Origin: Epiperipatus broadwayi
Taxonomy: Eukaryota > Animalia > Onychophora
DNA: 64,000 bases
NCBI GenBank assembly: GCA_028023455.1
Contig: JAQFVV010000011.1
Location: 3,534,001 to 3,598,000 of the forward strand
Reading direction: 5' to 3'
Below the pieces are notes generated by a model. It was not told the origin of the DNA, ran no database searches, and was given only the letters and a program-made list of their open reading frames with translations. Below are positions 25,751 through 39,628 of the stretch, in pieces; positions within the stretch are counted from its first letter, which is position 1; the number at the start of each line of letters is the position of its first letter. The position numbers and the translations under genes were made by a program.

Positions 25751-27115
25751 CTATGTGTAAAAATCCTAATTGGAATATAAAAATCATTAATATCATTTAC
25801 AGATGCAAATTGTTGGACATATTACATATTAATATGCTCTAATATTTAAATGATAGTTACAATTAAAAAGTAACTCATCTTCCAATCATATTGGTAGAAA
25901 ATTTGATATTAATTTATTAAAAGGAACTACTATTCAAGCTATATTCCAATAGCAATTAAACACTAAAAGTGACAGTTTGGACTTTCAAATTTGTCATTTC
26001 ACTGAAGCAAAGAATGTTCTATAGTGGTGTAATTTAATTCACAAGAAAAAAAAGGTCCTGATTACTTTTCTCATAATGATTGTATTATTAATGACTAATT
26101 AAAAAAGACAACATGGCATCATCAATTATGAAAAAATAATTAATATAGAGAAAGATTCATAAAACCAAAGTTCAATTACTGACAAAAGAGGTTTAAAATG
26201 ATCATGTGATTAATACTTCAAAAGAGAATATTTCCAGATCATGATCAGTTCAGATTTTTTTGATGCATTGAAAATAATAAGTGGATACTGAAAAATATAA
26301 TTCTCTTAATTATGTTGTCAAATGAAAATAATATTTTGAACATACTTTCAACAACAATACAAGAATTCAAATAATGATAACTATTGATACATCTCATCTA
26401 TCCTACCTTCTCACTTTGATTTGGACAAAACTATCTAGTTTAATAGAGTTAAAACATCCTTTTGTAATTTTAAAATGAACTGGCTTCATTTCTCAATGAT
26501 TTACTTAAAGAAATTTTAAGCTACGGCAATGATAAGTTTGCTTCAAAACTATTGAATTTTTTAAAGAATGATATGGACCCATAAAGTTGTGTCTTCTGAT
26601 ATTAAATATGCTTCTAATGTTTCAATTTATAAACTTAAACAAATTGAAAAAATTGTAACAATTCTAGTGGAATATAATTATTATTCACTATAACAAAAGT
26701 ATTTTTTTAACGAATTTTATTAAATAGAGAAATGGTTACTAGAGACTCATTGAAGTTTAGAGAATCAAAAAGTATTGTAGAAAATTGCCAGAAAAATGGG
26801 GGGAAATGTTGTGAGCAAATAAATGTTTTATATTTTGCTTTTTTTAATATTAGACAAAAAAGTTGACTTAGTGATAAAATGAAAACCCTGCATAGTTTAG
26901 CAAAGTGTAGAGTGGCTAACTCTAGAGTTCAAGGTCCCTAAATTATGGCTCTAGTTCTGCCACTTTTAACGCTTGAACTTCATACGGAACTCCTGTGTGA
27001 TAATCATTTAATTATTAATTTTCTTTTATAAAATAGGGAGGGGGGAATCTTTATTATACTACATCACATGATTCATCTATCATTTAATAACTCATTTTTT
27101 TCTGATCATCTAGGT

Positions 27116-27538
27116 CAGTGGTCTTCAACCTTTTCACACATGTGGACAGGCAAAAATGAGGATACGATTTCATGGTCCAGCAAAAATAAGGATAAGATTT
27201 CGCGGACTGGCAGAAGTCTATAGATAAATTTTCTTAAAGATTTAAACTGCTTAGCCTTAGATGAGCATAATTGTTATAACTGACCAAAACAACATACTAG
27301 TTACTGTGTATTGTAATGGTGTTGCTTACCTTCACATGCTGAACACTCTTTCTCAAGTTGTGCAGTCATACTGCTACAGAAAACAGTACTGCTACATTTA
27401 TTATTTCATTGTTAAAACATGCAAAAATAAAATGTTATTCACCTGAATGTTGGGAAATATCACAGCTAGTGTAATTACATGACAATGATTATGATAAATG
27501 TAATATCTGTATTTAATGTTAAATATACAAGATGAAGT

Positions 27539-27571
<33 letters not shown>

Positions 27572-28280
27572 GTAGATGAAGTTATATATATATATATGGA
27601 GTTTGTATAATAAAAAACTTTTTTTTTAAATTTTGAATCTGGTGTTATTTTAATCTCATTTTTACCCAATTAAAAAAAAGAAACAGAATGAAAAGTTGTT
27701 TTGGAAATGTGTCACATAGAAATAAAACAATCATTATAAAGATGTCATTTTGCTAAAAAAAAAAAAAAAAAAAAAAGATAATAGATTTATGTTCTTGATG
27801 AAGGGAAATCATCATCAATGATCTGTCTCCATTTTGTGAAGTTTACAATTTCAAAAAGAAATGTCACACACAAAATAAAAAGATGATGCAAATGCAATAA
27901 AAGTTTTTGCTATATGTGACCAATAAATGAGCTGATGCAATACAGAAATGCCTACTAGATATAGAAATTGATGTATAAGGAGTGGTGCAATTATCATGAG
28001 ATTGATGCTTTGTCTTTTAAAGATTGCATTTTCAGATAAATTCCTTTGATTATTATTTAGTAATTATAGTATTATCTAATAATTTAAATAAAATTTTGAT
28101 TTATAATTAATTTTATTTAAGCAATTGCGATGAAAAAATAAATAAAAATTATTTATATTAATTAAAAGTTTAAAATCTTATTATTTTGTTATTACAAACT
28201 TTCCTGCCAGTCTAGTGTGGACTAGCAGAAAAATTCTGTGAACCAGTGCCAGTCCGCAGACCAAGGGTTGAAGACCACTG
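27116..28280 (-). mobile_element. Non-autonomous hAT (Charlie-like) element
   Basis: Perfect 15-bp TIRs CAGTGGTCTTCAACC / GGTTGAAGACCACTG; 8-bp TSD atctaggt / atcccggt (6/8); minus relic AKTFIAFASSFY resembles a hAT C-terminus. Confidence 0.85.
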
Positions 28281-29192
28281 ATCCCGGTACTGGTGGAAAA
28301 TATTGAAAGGATAACAATATTGGGCATTAATTTATATGAGCACTGATTTTCTTTTTCTTTTTAATGATTGTGATTTTTGGAATGATGGAAAGACATGCAT
28401 AGTCTTAAAAGCACAAGCAATGAATTTTTTTTGGCTTTTAATCTAATGATTGTACTATTCTTGTCAATTCAAAAAATAATCTCCAGAATGTTTTGAATGT
28501 AATCTATAAAGTCTTGATTTAAGAAAGACTGTCTTTCATCAGATAATTGTGGGGAAAAAATGTTCAGTTAGTTTTAACTTTGATGAGTAGATCAATTTAA
28601 AAACTAGGAAACTTTTTAATAAAAAGATGAACTCTACTGATAAGTGCAATACTGACTTCAAACTACTACTTCTTCCTTCAACAAGTTAAAAATATAGTAG
28701 TTCATCATTAGTTGCATATCAGATTTTTATTCAGCCCAATAGGAAAGTGAGATATGAACATTCTATCATCAATATAAAGATCCTGGAATAAGTTTATTCA
28801 AGGATTCTTAATAAGACTTTGAAACCATGGTGACAAGATCATAACATTAATCAGAATGATTTTGAGATCACTGAATGTGATGATATTTAGTTGCCATACA
28901 TTCTAAAACAAACATAAAGATCAAGAAACAAATACTAGAAATTAATAAATGAGATATAAGATTGTAAAAGCACATCTGCATTAGAATGAGGTGTTTGAAA
29001 GAATCATTAAAACATATTTTACAGTAAACTTGATCATGGATTTTATGAAAAAGATGGATTCTATTTATCTTATATTATCTCAAAGACACTTTAATAAAAT
29101 GAGCTAATGTTTCCACTTGAAGTAGACTGTTATTTTGCACTGGTGTTCTTGCAGAACTAAAACTAATTACTTTCATAAATAAAATAAAACTA

Positions 29193-29712
29193 TGTTATTC
29201 TTCTCCTTCACTTTCTTTGCACATCTTCATATAATCATATATATTAGTTATAATACTTCATTCATATACACTTTAATGCAAGTAATTTTCTTAACCTTCT
29301 TTATTTTATTACAGTTTCAACTGTCCAGCAGTCTTTGTCAGAGCTCTATCCTCCTTACAGTTTTAACCTTAATTCTTAACCTTCTATATTTTCTTACAGT
29401 TTCAACTGTCCAGCAGTCTTTGTCAGAGCTCTATCCTCCTTACAGTTTTAACCTTAATTAAAATTAATTAATTAATTAAGGTTAAAACTGTAAGGAGGAT
29501 AGAGCTCTGACAAAGACTGCTGGACAGTCGAAACTGTAATAAAATAAAGAAGGTTAAGAAAATTACTTGCATTAAAGTGTATTTAATTAAGGTTAAAACT
29601 GTAAGGAGGATAGAGCTCTGACAAAGACTGCTGGACAGTCGAAACTGTAAGAAAATAAAGAAGGTTAAGAAAATTACTTGCATTAAAGTGTATATGAATG
29701 AAGTATTATAAG
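29193..29712. mobile_element. Family D palindrome of tandem dimers (four HHR-like motifs) with 13-bp TSD
   Basis: Two minus copies (85-bp period) and two plus copies (111-bp period) of gagct CTGACAA agactgctggacagt(c/t) GAAA ctg TA; taaaataaaacta at 29180-29192 and 29713-29725. Confidence 0.85.
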
Positions 29713-30402
29713 TAAAATAAAACTAAGAATAAAATACTATGAAGAGCTACAATTGAGCAAGTAATGAAGTCTTTCAAAAAATAAATTTTGCTACAGTAGG
29801 AATTAAATACTAGCATTAATCATACCAATATATAAAGAATTTGTTGCTCAAAAGTTCACTCAAAGTAGAAGCAGCAGAACTCATCCATGATCCATAAATC
29901 TTGAGGTCTGGAGGCTATCATTCTACCATTGTACTAAACAATACTGGAAAAAAGGCAGATTATTTTGGATGTGGTAAGAAAGGCAGATATGCTGGACAAG
30001 AACATCATGATTGGAATTGTGAATGAATTAAGAAAAGAGGGAGAATAAAATTAATCATTAATTAGGAATATCACAAAATGGATGGGATTAACGGTATTGG
30101 AAGCATATTTACAAAGTGAAAGAAAGAATAGCCTGTCATTATATACTACAGATGAATTTGTGTTTCACAGATTGGCTTCATTAATCATCCTAAGCATTTT
30201 TAATTTTCTGCTCTCTGCCTTTTAGGGGGAGAGGGGCAAGAATAAATAGCCATACTCATTTGCAAATAATTGATGATAATAATGATGATGATAAGAAAGA
30301 AATTCAAATAGAAATAATTTTTAACAAAAAGCAAAGTTCAAACATTTTCTTTTTTCTTTTTTAAAAAGTTGAGTTTAATAAGAGTTTTTAATCTGTTTCT
30401 AG

Positions 30403-30503
30403 CCTTACAGTTAAGATCAATCCTTGTGATGGAAACACACTACTGCAAGTCATCGTTAACAACAGCTTGAGTGAGGCTATCATCGTAAATTATATTAACA
30501 CAG
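30403..30503 (+). CDS. Possible plus-strand exon (LTVKINPCDGNTLLQVIVNNSLSEAIIVNYINT)
   Basis: Acceptor ttttaatctgtttctag, 101 nt open in one frame, donor CAG|GTCAGA; no compatible neighbouring exon found. Confidence 0.3.
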
Positions 30504-31138
30504 GTCAGAAAATGTTTCTACTTTGTTAGCTTGATTAAGCACTAGAGATAATAATAATTTAAATCTAACTACAAAACCCAACTTGAGGAAAGTAACTAAT
30601 ATATATAATGAAGTACCTACAGTAAAAATAATAATAGTAATCATTATATGTAAGTTTATATATTTATACATATTTCCTCTCCCTCCCCCCAATAATAACA
30701 CAAATTTTATATAATAAATAGGCCCAAACCAGAAAAAGACCTTTCCAGTAGCTTCTAATAAAAGAACAGTGAAAAATGTAGAACTTAACCATCTTGCCAA
30801 TTACCAGATAGTGAAAGTTTGATTAGTTTTTTGCCATTATTCTAAGGATACCTGACCAGTGTTTGATGGTTAGCTGGATAGCTATGGATCGTACCAGAGA
30901 GAAAAATTCTAAGTCTCTTAAACAGAATTTCCCTTAACATAGGCATGATAGGTGGGTGTCCTGTTCTGCATCATCAAGTTCTTTCATTATTATGGTATGT
31001 CAGTGTGTAAATATATATATATATGCTAAAATGGAAAATATGTGAAGTATGAAAACTATACTTATCCTAATTTACTGATATTAAAAGTTTGTGGTTTATG
31101 AAATTTATATTATTGTCAACTGTGATGAGTTTTACTAA

Positions 31139-31245
31139 GCATTGTTAGCCGAGAGGTCAATGCAGTCGCCTTGCAAGCAAGTGGTTGGTTGCAGACAGTT
31201 GTGAGTTCGCCTCCCGGTCGATGCTATGACATATGAAAAAAAAAA
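31139..31245 (+). mobile_element. tRNA-derived SINE
   Basis: gcattgttagccgagagg...gtgagttcgcctcccggtcgatgctatgacatatg(a)n. Confidence 0.9.
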
Positions 31246-32228
31246 CATTTTGAATTATTAGATAATTATATCATTAAGTTGAATAAAGAATCATGATTTT
31301 TTTCATCTTGCTCTCAAACGACTTCATTAGGAGCAAAAGTTCTCTTGTTTATTTCAAAGCTATTTATTTATAAGCTTCGTTAAATCACTAAATGGTAGGG
31401 CCACATCCAAATATACAGGCTAATTTTTGTCTATTTGGGCTCATCAATGAAAAGTATTGGATTTTCACCAACACATACAGCCACCATCTTCAGTAATACT
31501 TCTCACTGCTGCAAAACATAGCCAAAAATTAGTTAAAGGATTTGAGTGTAACAAACACGAAAATAGCTGTCTATTGATTATAATAAATGGCTCTAAAGAA
31601 AGCTAAGTAGGACGAATTTCTGTTTCTAGTAATTATAAAGCTGAAGAATAGTAATTAGCACAAATCAGTCATGATCCAAATAAAAGAAAAATCAGATATC
31701 AATTATTCACGGAAATATTTAAAATTATTTGCAACATGTGAAATAATGTAAATTTTAATTTAAATATGCTTATTTCAGTATTATGCCTTTAATCAGCTAA
31801 TATAAATATTTCTCATTATCTGGACATAATTATAAAATATTGTTTTGAATCATTGTTTTAATTATTACTGTATAAATATTTTCTGCTGATGTAAATGTAT
31901 AAGTATATAAATATAGGATAATTACATATTAATCTAATAGTGTAAAACAAATGTGTATATAAAGACCAAATTAACCATATTTATAATCTTCTAAAAAAGA
32001 AATGAATTAATTTTGTAAGTGAACATTAGATAATATTCCAATGAAGAGAAAGTTATCAATCAAAATGTTGGTATTGCTGCTAATTTTACAATTTCAACTA
32101 TGCTATGATGTCATGGAAGAATGCTGGCATGAGTAATCAATGATCTGATGGAACATACTTGCTATTTACTGTCCATCTTTAATTCTTGCCAAAGTGAATG
32201 AGTGTAGTATTTTTTGTCCTAAAATTAA

Positions 32229-32520
32229 ATGATTAAAATTTGGGAACTGTCCACTATTGAGGATGATGCAGTTGATTATTTTCAATACTATGGCATCCAA
32301 ATGTCTGTGCAAACAGCCATGATATCACACTTTATGTCCACAGTTAAAACAAGCAATAGTGGTGTTTCATTCAGAATTAACAAAAGAGAGTATTTAACCA
32401 TTCCATCATAATGGAATGTGATTAGAGGTAAGAAAATTCGGTCTGCTATGATGCTAAAAAACAACATTTTGTAAATGGACAGAGTTGTGCAGTTAAATAT
32501 ATGTGTATTCTTTTGTTTGG
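32229..32520 (+). mobile_element. Merlin/ISXO2-like transposase N-terminal relic
   Basis: MIKIWELSTIEDDAVDYFQYYGI then, after a frameshift, VCANSHDITLY; resemblance from memory to Merlin-type N-terminal zinc-ribbon starts. Confidence 0.4.
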
Positions 32521-33901
32521 TTACCATTTGTAATAAATGTGGATTGTTAAAAATTTATTTGTTGGATGATTATTTATCATAAAAAATGTAAATGTGTGTT
32601 TATTTCATTTCCAGGGGTAACCATTTTTCAAAATAATTTTTTTTTTACAAGTTTCAATAGTGAACATAATTTCTCACAAAAAATTTAAATGCATGTTTGC
32701 AGACATTTCAGTGAATAAAGTTATAGGCTATCATTTTTCCAAATAAATCTTTAATTGATCTATTAAGTTTGTCAGAAGCTCCATTATTTTCCTAAATGCA
32801 CATTAGAAACTTATTGCCATTATCAAACTTATATGTAAGTACCCAATGTAGATATATTCTGTTTATTTTTACATATGTTTAAAAATAATTATCATGTGAT
32901 CTTTTATTCATAATTCTAATACATTGAGTTGAATACCTTCTCCAAACTAGAGTTAAAATTAATTGAAAAAATAGCAAACAATTTTTTTAAAATAGTTTTA
33001 TTCATCATAACAAAAGGTGATGTCTTAAATACATTTATAAGTAAAATATTTATGTAAGGAAGTTATATGAATAAAAATAGTCTAAAGAAATTTTGATAAA
33101 CATTTATGAGAGAATATCATTATTGATGAATTGTGTATCTAATAGCAAAGCTTTTAAGATATTGGTTCTTATTACCATAAAAAACTGTACCAAGAATAAT
33201 ATATGTTATTATTTAGTAAATAAATATTTTGAGTTCAGAAAGTAAATAAAACTTTATTATTTACGAAATAGATTTTAAGTTCACTAAACATTTTAAAAAG
33301 AGATCATATCTGACCATATGTAATAAAAGATAGGGGACCAAAAATCATTTTTAATTGTTTTGAGATTTTACAACTTGTGGACACAATGTATACATGATCC
33401 ATAATAGGAGTGACAAGTATATATATATATGTATCATATTTTCACAAGTAATTAACACTCAATATAATGCAACAACATCTAATCATAGTTAGAGTGTTTA
33501 ACTCAGGACTCAAGTTATTACATTTTAAAGATTCTTTAATTAGTCATTGGATTGTCACCCAATTCTGTCACTAATGATATTTGTACTTTTTATGAACTTC
33601 TGAGCAAAAAACCATTTGATGATGGTGATTATTATTATTGTTAACCATAGCTCTTTGTTCAGTGTTCTTTCATTTCCATCTCACATTCGTGAAATTTCTC
33701 TGTCACTGAAGTAATTTTTCAAAACCTTAGTCTTTTTACAATAGTGATTGTGGATCCAATAAAGGATTTTTCAGAATTTTTTGTTTTTCTCGTTGCATGT
33801 AAAATATCACTTCTATATCAATTCTGGAATATATTTCTGTGTTTTCATGTGAATATCAGTTCCTCCTATCATATACACAGTCATAAAAAAAAACCAATGT
33901 A

Positions 33902-34850
33902 CACCTGGGTCTCGTTTTACACGATAGATAGGTTCCTCAGAAAACACGCGCAAACGAAATCATGCAAAAATAGACGTAACTTGCCTTGAAAAAGGGGGGA
34001 TATGGACTGTGATTTTTCAAAACTTGCGTAAAAGCAAAGCACCAATGTAAAATTTACTTTAAAATTCGTGCAAAAAAAAAAATAAGGAAATAAAATATGA
34101 CTAATAAAAAATTTCAAATTTGAAAAAAATTGATACAAGACAAACTTTTTTTAACTATAATATTTAATTTTATTCAAAATAATATATTTTTATGCATAAT
34201 TTACAGTAATTTATATTTTTTTATACATGTTTTAATTATTATCACTATTTGCCAGTAAACAGGTTCGTTTGCAAACTGATAAAAAAATCTGATTCTTCAC
34301 AAGATGAAATACAACTAGCACCAATGTCACCCTCATGTTGTGTTAATGGTTTTCTGGTGACAACATAATTAGTAATTAATCTAACAACTAAAAATTAAAT
34401 TCTTATTTTTGTCTTTAATTTTCAATTTTAATTGTGCCCACTGCTATTACTCATCTTTTAAAAATAAACCTGCGGACACTAAATGATTAATAATTGATTA
34501 AACATTCTTTTTTAAAAAGCAAAAACAGAATGTGATTTAAAATGCAAAATTAACACACACAATGTTTGAACAAATTTACATTATAATCTTGTAAAATTTA
34601 ATGTGTGTATACATAAAATGTGGAAATCATGATTTTAATTTCATTATTGCATAAAATCTTACTATTATAAAGCACTGAAAATATTGAAAGTTGAATTTCA
34701 ATAATGTGCTATTACTTTTAATATAACGTGAGTGCGCAAAATTTATTATTTAAAGTAATAGCGCAATATGGAGTTCGACTTCCGGTAAAACACGAATCGC
34801 GTAACTTCAAAATCGTGTTAAATAAGTCCACGTAAAAAGAGACCCAGGTG
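33902..34850. mobile_element. Tc1/mariner-pogo-type MITE
   Basis: TIRs CACCTGGGTCTCGTTTTAC / GTAAAAAGAGACCCAGGTG flanked by TA on both sides; CpG-rich subterminal regions. Confidence 0.85.
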
Positions 34851-35268
34851 TATTTCTTTTTTGCATGTGATTGCTCAGACAGGACACCAACCCTAATTAT
34901 AAAACACACATTGCTTGTTTGTTTTTTTAAATGTTTAATTTACAAAATTCTAGATTCAATAAGAATGTCAATAGTTTAGATATTTCATATGTTTATGATA
35001 TAGATGAATTTGTTAATTAATAAACAGCGGGAGGCAAATTTTTATAAAAATAGCAGCAATAAAGCTTAATAAGAACAATATAATTTTTATGTAGTCACAT
35101 ATATTTTATTACATTATCTAAGATTTGAAATACAGGCATTCTTCATATATCTGGAGCTTAATTGTAAATATAAGGGATTTGAACACAGCCATTCAAGCAC
35201 CCTTCAACTAACTATTCACACTATTTCATACCACTGATACACATGATTCCATACATGTAGAAAGATAA

Positions 35269-35327
35269 ATAATCACCAATACATGTATTTCGTGCTGAAC
35301 CAGCACTCATCAGTTGGTCCAGATTAT
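35269..35327 (-). ncRNA. Type I hammerhead ribozyme with intact core
   Basis: AUAAUC ugg ACCAA CUGAUGA GUGCUG guu CAGCAC GAAA uacaug UA UUGGU GAUUAU: 5+6-bp stem I with a 3-nt bulge, 6-bp stem II, GUA triplet; predicted cut between 35280 and 35279. Confidence 0.88.
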
Positions 35328-35380
35328 CATCTCCCACACATATATAACTGAGCACTGATTATATATGTGTGTGGGAGATG

Positions 35381-35433
35381 ATAATCTGGACCAACTGATG
35401 AGTGCTAGTTCAGCACGAAATATGTAAATTGGT
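35381..35433 (+). ncRNA. Family A HHR with probable U16.1-to-A mutation
   Basis: accaa CTGATGA gtgcta gtt cagcac GAAA tatgta AA ttggt. Confidence 0.7.
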
Positions 35434-38400
35434 AATTATTTATCTTTTCTACATATGTGTGGTCATGTGTATCAATGGTAAGAGATAGTGTGGATAGTTG
35501 AAGGGTGCTTAAAAATCTGTGTTCAAATTCCCTATATTATTATATTATATGTATTGTAACTATTGCGTTTGTAACTTGTAATAGAATAAAAATATCTCTA
35601 CATCATCTAGATGGGGGAAAAGAAATTATCTAGAAATGAAAAAAAAAAATATATAGTATAGTGAAAAATCATCTCAATAGGGAGCCATTTCTAATGGAAT
35701 GAAAATAAGTAGATCATTTTTAATCAAAATGTAAAGAATCTATATACTGCATGCCCTTATTCAATAGCCCTAATATTTGGCTGGCATTTGTAACTGAATA
35801 TGAGATTAACCTAGACACAATTTACTTCCTTACTACTCCTCATTGGGGCAGTCATTTGCAATGGATCAATAGTTTTAGGACCGCCACCATGTAAGCAATT
35901 TTATACACCCAATAGGACAAACCACTCTGCAACTATTTTACCCTTTATTTAGTGCTTCCTCATATAGATGTCTGCATATCTGGATGCCACTAAGCTATCC
36001 AAACCTAGATAAAGTTACATTAGATACCTACTTGTACTCTACCAAGTTTGAACCTCAATTGGTACATTATTTATAACAGTGTGTAGGATTTCCATTTTAT
36101 AACTATATCATGTGCACTTGAATTAAGGGAAAAACATTCTTATTATTCTCTAATTGTGCAAATAAATTCTCAGACAAATTATCATATAAGAGTTTAACAC
36201 ATAAGTTCATATTTAATATTAACCTAAGTGTTACTAGCTCACATTTAATACAATAGATTATCAGATGCTTCGATGGTAGTCATATCTTTTAAAATGGCTC
36301 ACAAATAATAAACAAGTACAGTGAGAACTATTATTTATATATGGCCATTAAACACATTTATTTATACTATTGATTAATAAGATGATGATGATGATGGTAA
36401 TGATGCTTCCAACCACAACTTTAGAACTGACTCACAACACAAATCTTATATTTTATCAATCTATAATTATTTACCAAAATATTGTTACATTTAAACTATG
36501 TGTATGATTGGCATCCATCAATGATGATGACGACTAATCTAATTTCATAAGACAATGATTAGCTCTAAGAAATATATAAACTTCTTTTAATCAGAACAAA
36601 TTAAAATTTATTATTGGTTAGTCATCAATAATACAAATAGAAAATTTAGATAATTAATAATAAGATTAACTACATTCATATAATAATAATAATAACCAAA
36701 AAAACTTCCCCCCTTTCCACTTAACAAAACTTAAATTTCATGTTAATATTATACACCATGATATGTTTGTGTTCATATCTCTAGTGGGTGAAAAGAAATG
36801 TTATATCATAGAAACATACTCGCATATAACATACATTTTTATATCTATAATCTTAAAAAATAATAAACAAGAAATAAGTAGAGAAAGTTAGTTAAATTAT
36901 AAAGATAAGAATAACTAAAGAAATCGGTTTCAAATTACTTATCTCAATTTCCATTAATCTTCATTAGTAACTACTTTAAAACCTCTTTCTCATGATGCTA
37001 AATTTTTACTCTTATCAATTCGTGCAATTATATTCAACACATATCCATGTAGGCAGATTTATATTATTAGGTGTGTGTGTGTTTATGTTACCTCCCATTA
37101 ATAAATCTTGTATTAAACCCTTATATATGATAAGAACAATACATTTCTTATGATACCTGAATTAATACATAATCAAAAAAAAAAACATTTTATTAAAAAA
37201 TACATATACAAATGGTTACATGTAATGGTAATCAAATAATACATATTAAACTAATAAAGTCAATATTCATAACTATTGAAAAACCTTTTCTAATAATTGA
37301 TTCGTATTTTTAACACTTAGAGAGGGAGGGAGAGATAAACAGATTTATTTAAAGGAGAAGTGTTAATAGTCATTGAGAAATTAAAATTGATATTACCAAG
37401 TTCTTGAGACAGTTTTAATGAGTCCAGTGAGTTTCATTTTGAAGTCAGCTTGTCTAAGGTTAAGAATTTGAACTCAGCCACATATCAATGTTCAACACGT
37501 ACACGCACAGCAGTTTACGGGAAAAGTTATATTTTCAGCTTGGGCTTGCAATTCTTCTGTTTTACTGTGATGATGATGATGATGATGTGAAATAAATTTT
37601 CTTTAGAAACCATTTTAACACTAGAATGGGTTTCTTCATTGCTGCTGCTCTTGGTATAGACAAATGGATATTTCTGCTTTTAATATAAATTTCAGCATTC
37701 CTTTTCTTTTTACTTTGTGCTTTTATTTGAATTTAGCAACAGCATAGGTGAAACAATAACAGGATTTGAACTCTTCTTTAGACATTGGAGATGAGCCATA
37801 GGATGATATGTTATTTCCAGTTTAGATTTTAACTCTTCAGGAGGTGCAGAGAGTTCCTTGGAGTAGTCAAAAAGGCACCCTGAAACAAAGTATTTTTTTT
37901 CTCTACTCCTCCATTGTCTATAGAAAAAAGTGGCTTCTACGAGGCTATAAGTCTTATTCCGCTCTGCTGCTACTCTGCTGAAACTGTCTTATTTTTCAGA
38001 CTATATATGTGTTCTGGTCTTTTGGTGACCTTACACACAGGTTACTGGAACATCCAGCTATCTATAAATATTTTATCAGTGCAGCTGCGCACATTCTCTT
38101 CCTTTTTATCTTTATGTCTCTTCAAAATTTATTGTTTGGTGTAGTCCAAAAAATCAGGTTTCTATAATTTTAATAGCTTATTAATGAGTCATTGTTCTCA
38201 TTTCCCCAAATTTTACACATTGAGGTTAAGTTAAAATTGACCCCATATTTCTCTCTCAACCTGGACATTCCTTTCAAATAAAATAAGAAAAATTGAACTT
38301 AAATAATATATAAGAAAAACTTTTTACACAGAAAATATGAATTGTTTAAAAAACTCTTAGTATATATGTAAATGTTTAAAATTTTAATGCTTGTGCATAT

Positions 38401-39628
38401 ACATATCTCTACTCCTATCTGTAAAAACGTGCCTATCAAAATAATCCAAACAATTTGAACGCTATAGATTATTAATATCATTAGTTATAGAATAAATTAG
38501 TAATAACAAAGTATTAAAATACTGTTAACAATGAAAGAACAGTATAATTGTTAGATATACATTAAATATAGAAATTTAATAAGAAGACTTAGAAAAATGA
38601 TATTGTATAGAATTTATGTCTACAGACAATTATTCATATATGCTTAATATATTTAATTCTTAAATATAGCTATCAAATTATTCAATGATATAGATATTAT
38701 CTTCTTTCACTGGTAAAAATCAGTTGAGCAGAGAAAAAAAAATTCTCCCTTTATACATCTAAGGAACAATCATTAAACCTGAGACTTACAATATAACCAC
38801 AATGTTTCAAGAAACAGAAGCACATTATTTGGCCATTTAACAACATTATTTTTTTCCAATTTTATGCATCACACTATTGCAATGGAGTCACAAGGGTAAA
38901 TTGGAATGTATACAGTATATAAAGTGAGTCATGAACTATGCTACATTTTATTCCAAGCCTCATTCACATTTAATGTATACAGCATATAACCACTTACCTT
39001 CTGTTAAAAAATATTGATTAGAATAGAAAAAAATATTGCTTATTAAACTACAAGTATACATTATAACACACACATATATTACACAGATGCTTTTTTTATA
39101 AATGTGTATAAAGAAATTTTTTAAAAATAATATAATTATTGTATTGACATATAGCACTATGTATTAATCTGTAATTACAGATTAAAATATAGTGCTTTAT
39201 ACATAAATAAATAAATCATTATATATATGTTTAATATTACATCTAATATTGCAAGCCACAAATTGAAAAAAATTTGTAGACGTCAATAATTAAAAAAAAA
39301 AACCATAGCAAATGAAATTAAAAGTGATTAATTAATATCTTCACGTACTCATTTCCAAATGCATAAGATTTGTGTATACATATTCATTTAGATTAAAAAG
39401 GTGAATTGGATTTATTTCATCTTTTCAAAAGACTTTATTTTGTGTTTGGAAAGGGGAGTATTCCTTACAACTGTTTATTAGTTTACAATACATGTATAGT
39501 GGATAATACCCAATATAATTATTAGTAAAAAATTAAGAGAGATATATTTACATGTACTTTACTTTGTGTTCCCCATGCTTTTTACTAAAGCAAGAAAAAT
39601 AAGAAAAGGTAAACTATTATATTTTTAG

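Larger units (their letters stand above)
35124..35536. mobile_element. Family A HHR head-to-head palindrome, best-preserved locus
   Basis: Arms meet near 35346; minus HHR at 35269-35327 and plus HHR at 35381-35433. Confidence 0.92.

Noticed and set aside
28515-28550. Minus-strand CTGATGA aagac a gtctt as a hammerhead
   Set aside because: The loop is 1 nt and GAAA is absent.
29248-29711. CRISPR-like array interpretation of the repeated 85/111-bp units
   Set aside because: The context is eukaryotic, there are no unique spacers or cas genes, and the units are inverted duplicates of an HHR-like repeat.
30846-30986. Second plus-strand exon following 30403-30503
   Set aside because: The phase-compatible frame hits TGA after six codons.
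31139-31245. Functional tRNA gene
   Set aside because: No pairable acceptor stem; it has a poly(A) tail, TSDs at sister copies and dispersed repeats, all indicating a SINE.
31520-31575. gtgt/acac stem followed by GAAA...TC
   Set aside because: No CUGANGA upstream.
37700-38150. Coding-like minus-strand segment (CLFDYSKELSAPPEELKSKLEITY...)
   Set aside because: Upstream frames have several stops, the splice phase does not join the 5.7-kb exon, and no motif is recognisable; probably a decayed TE.
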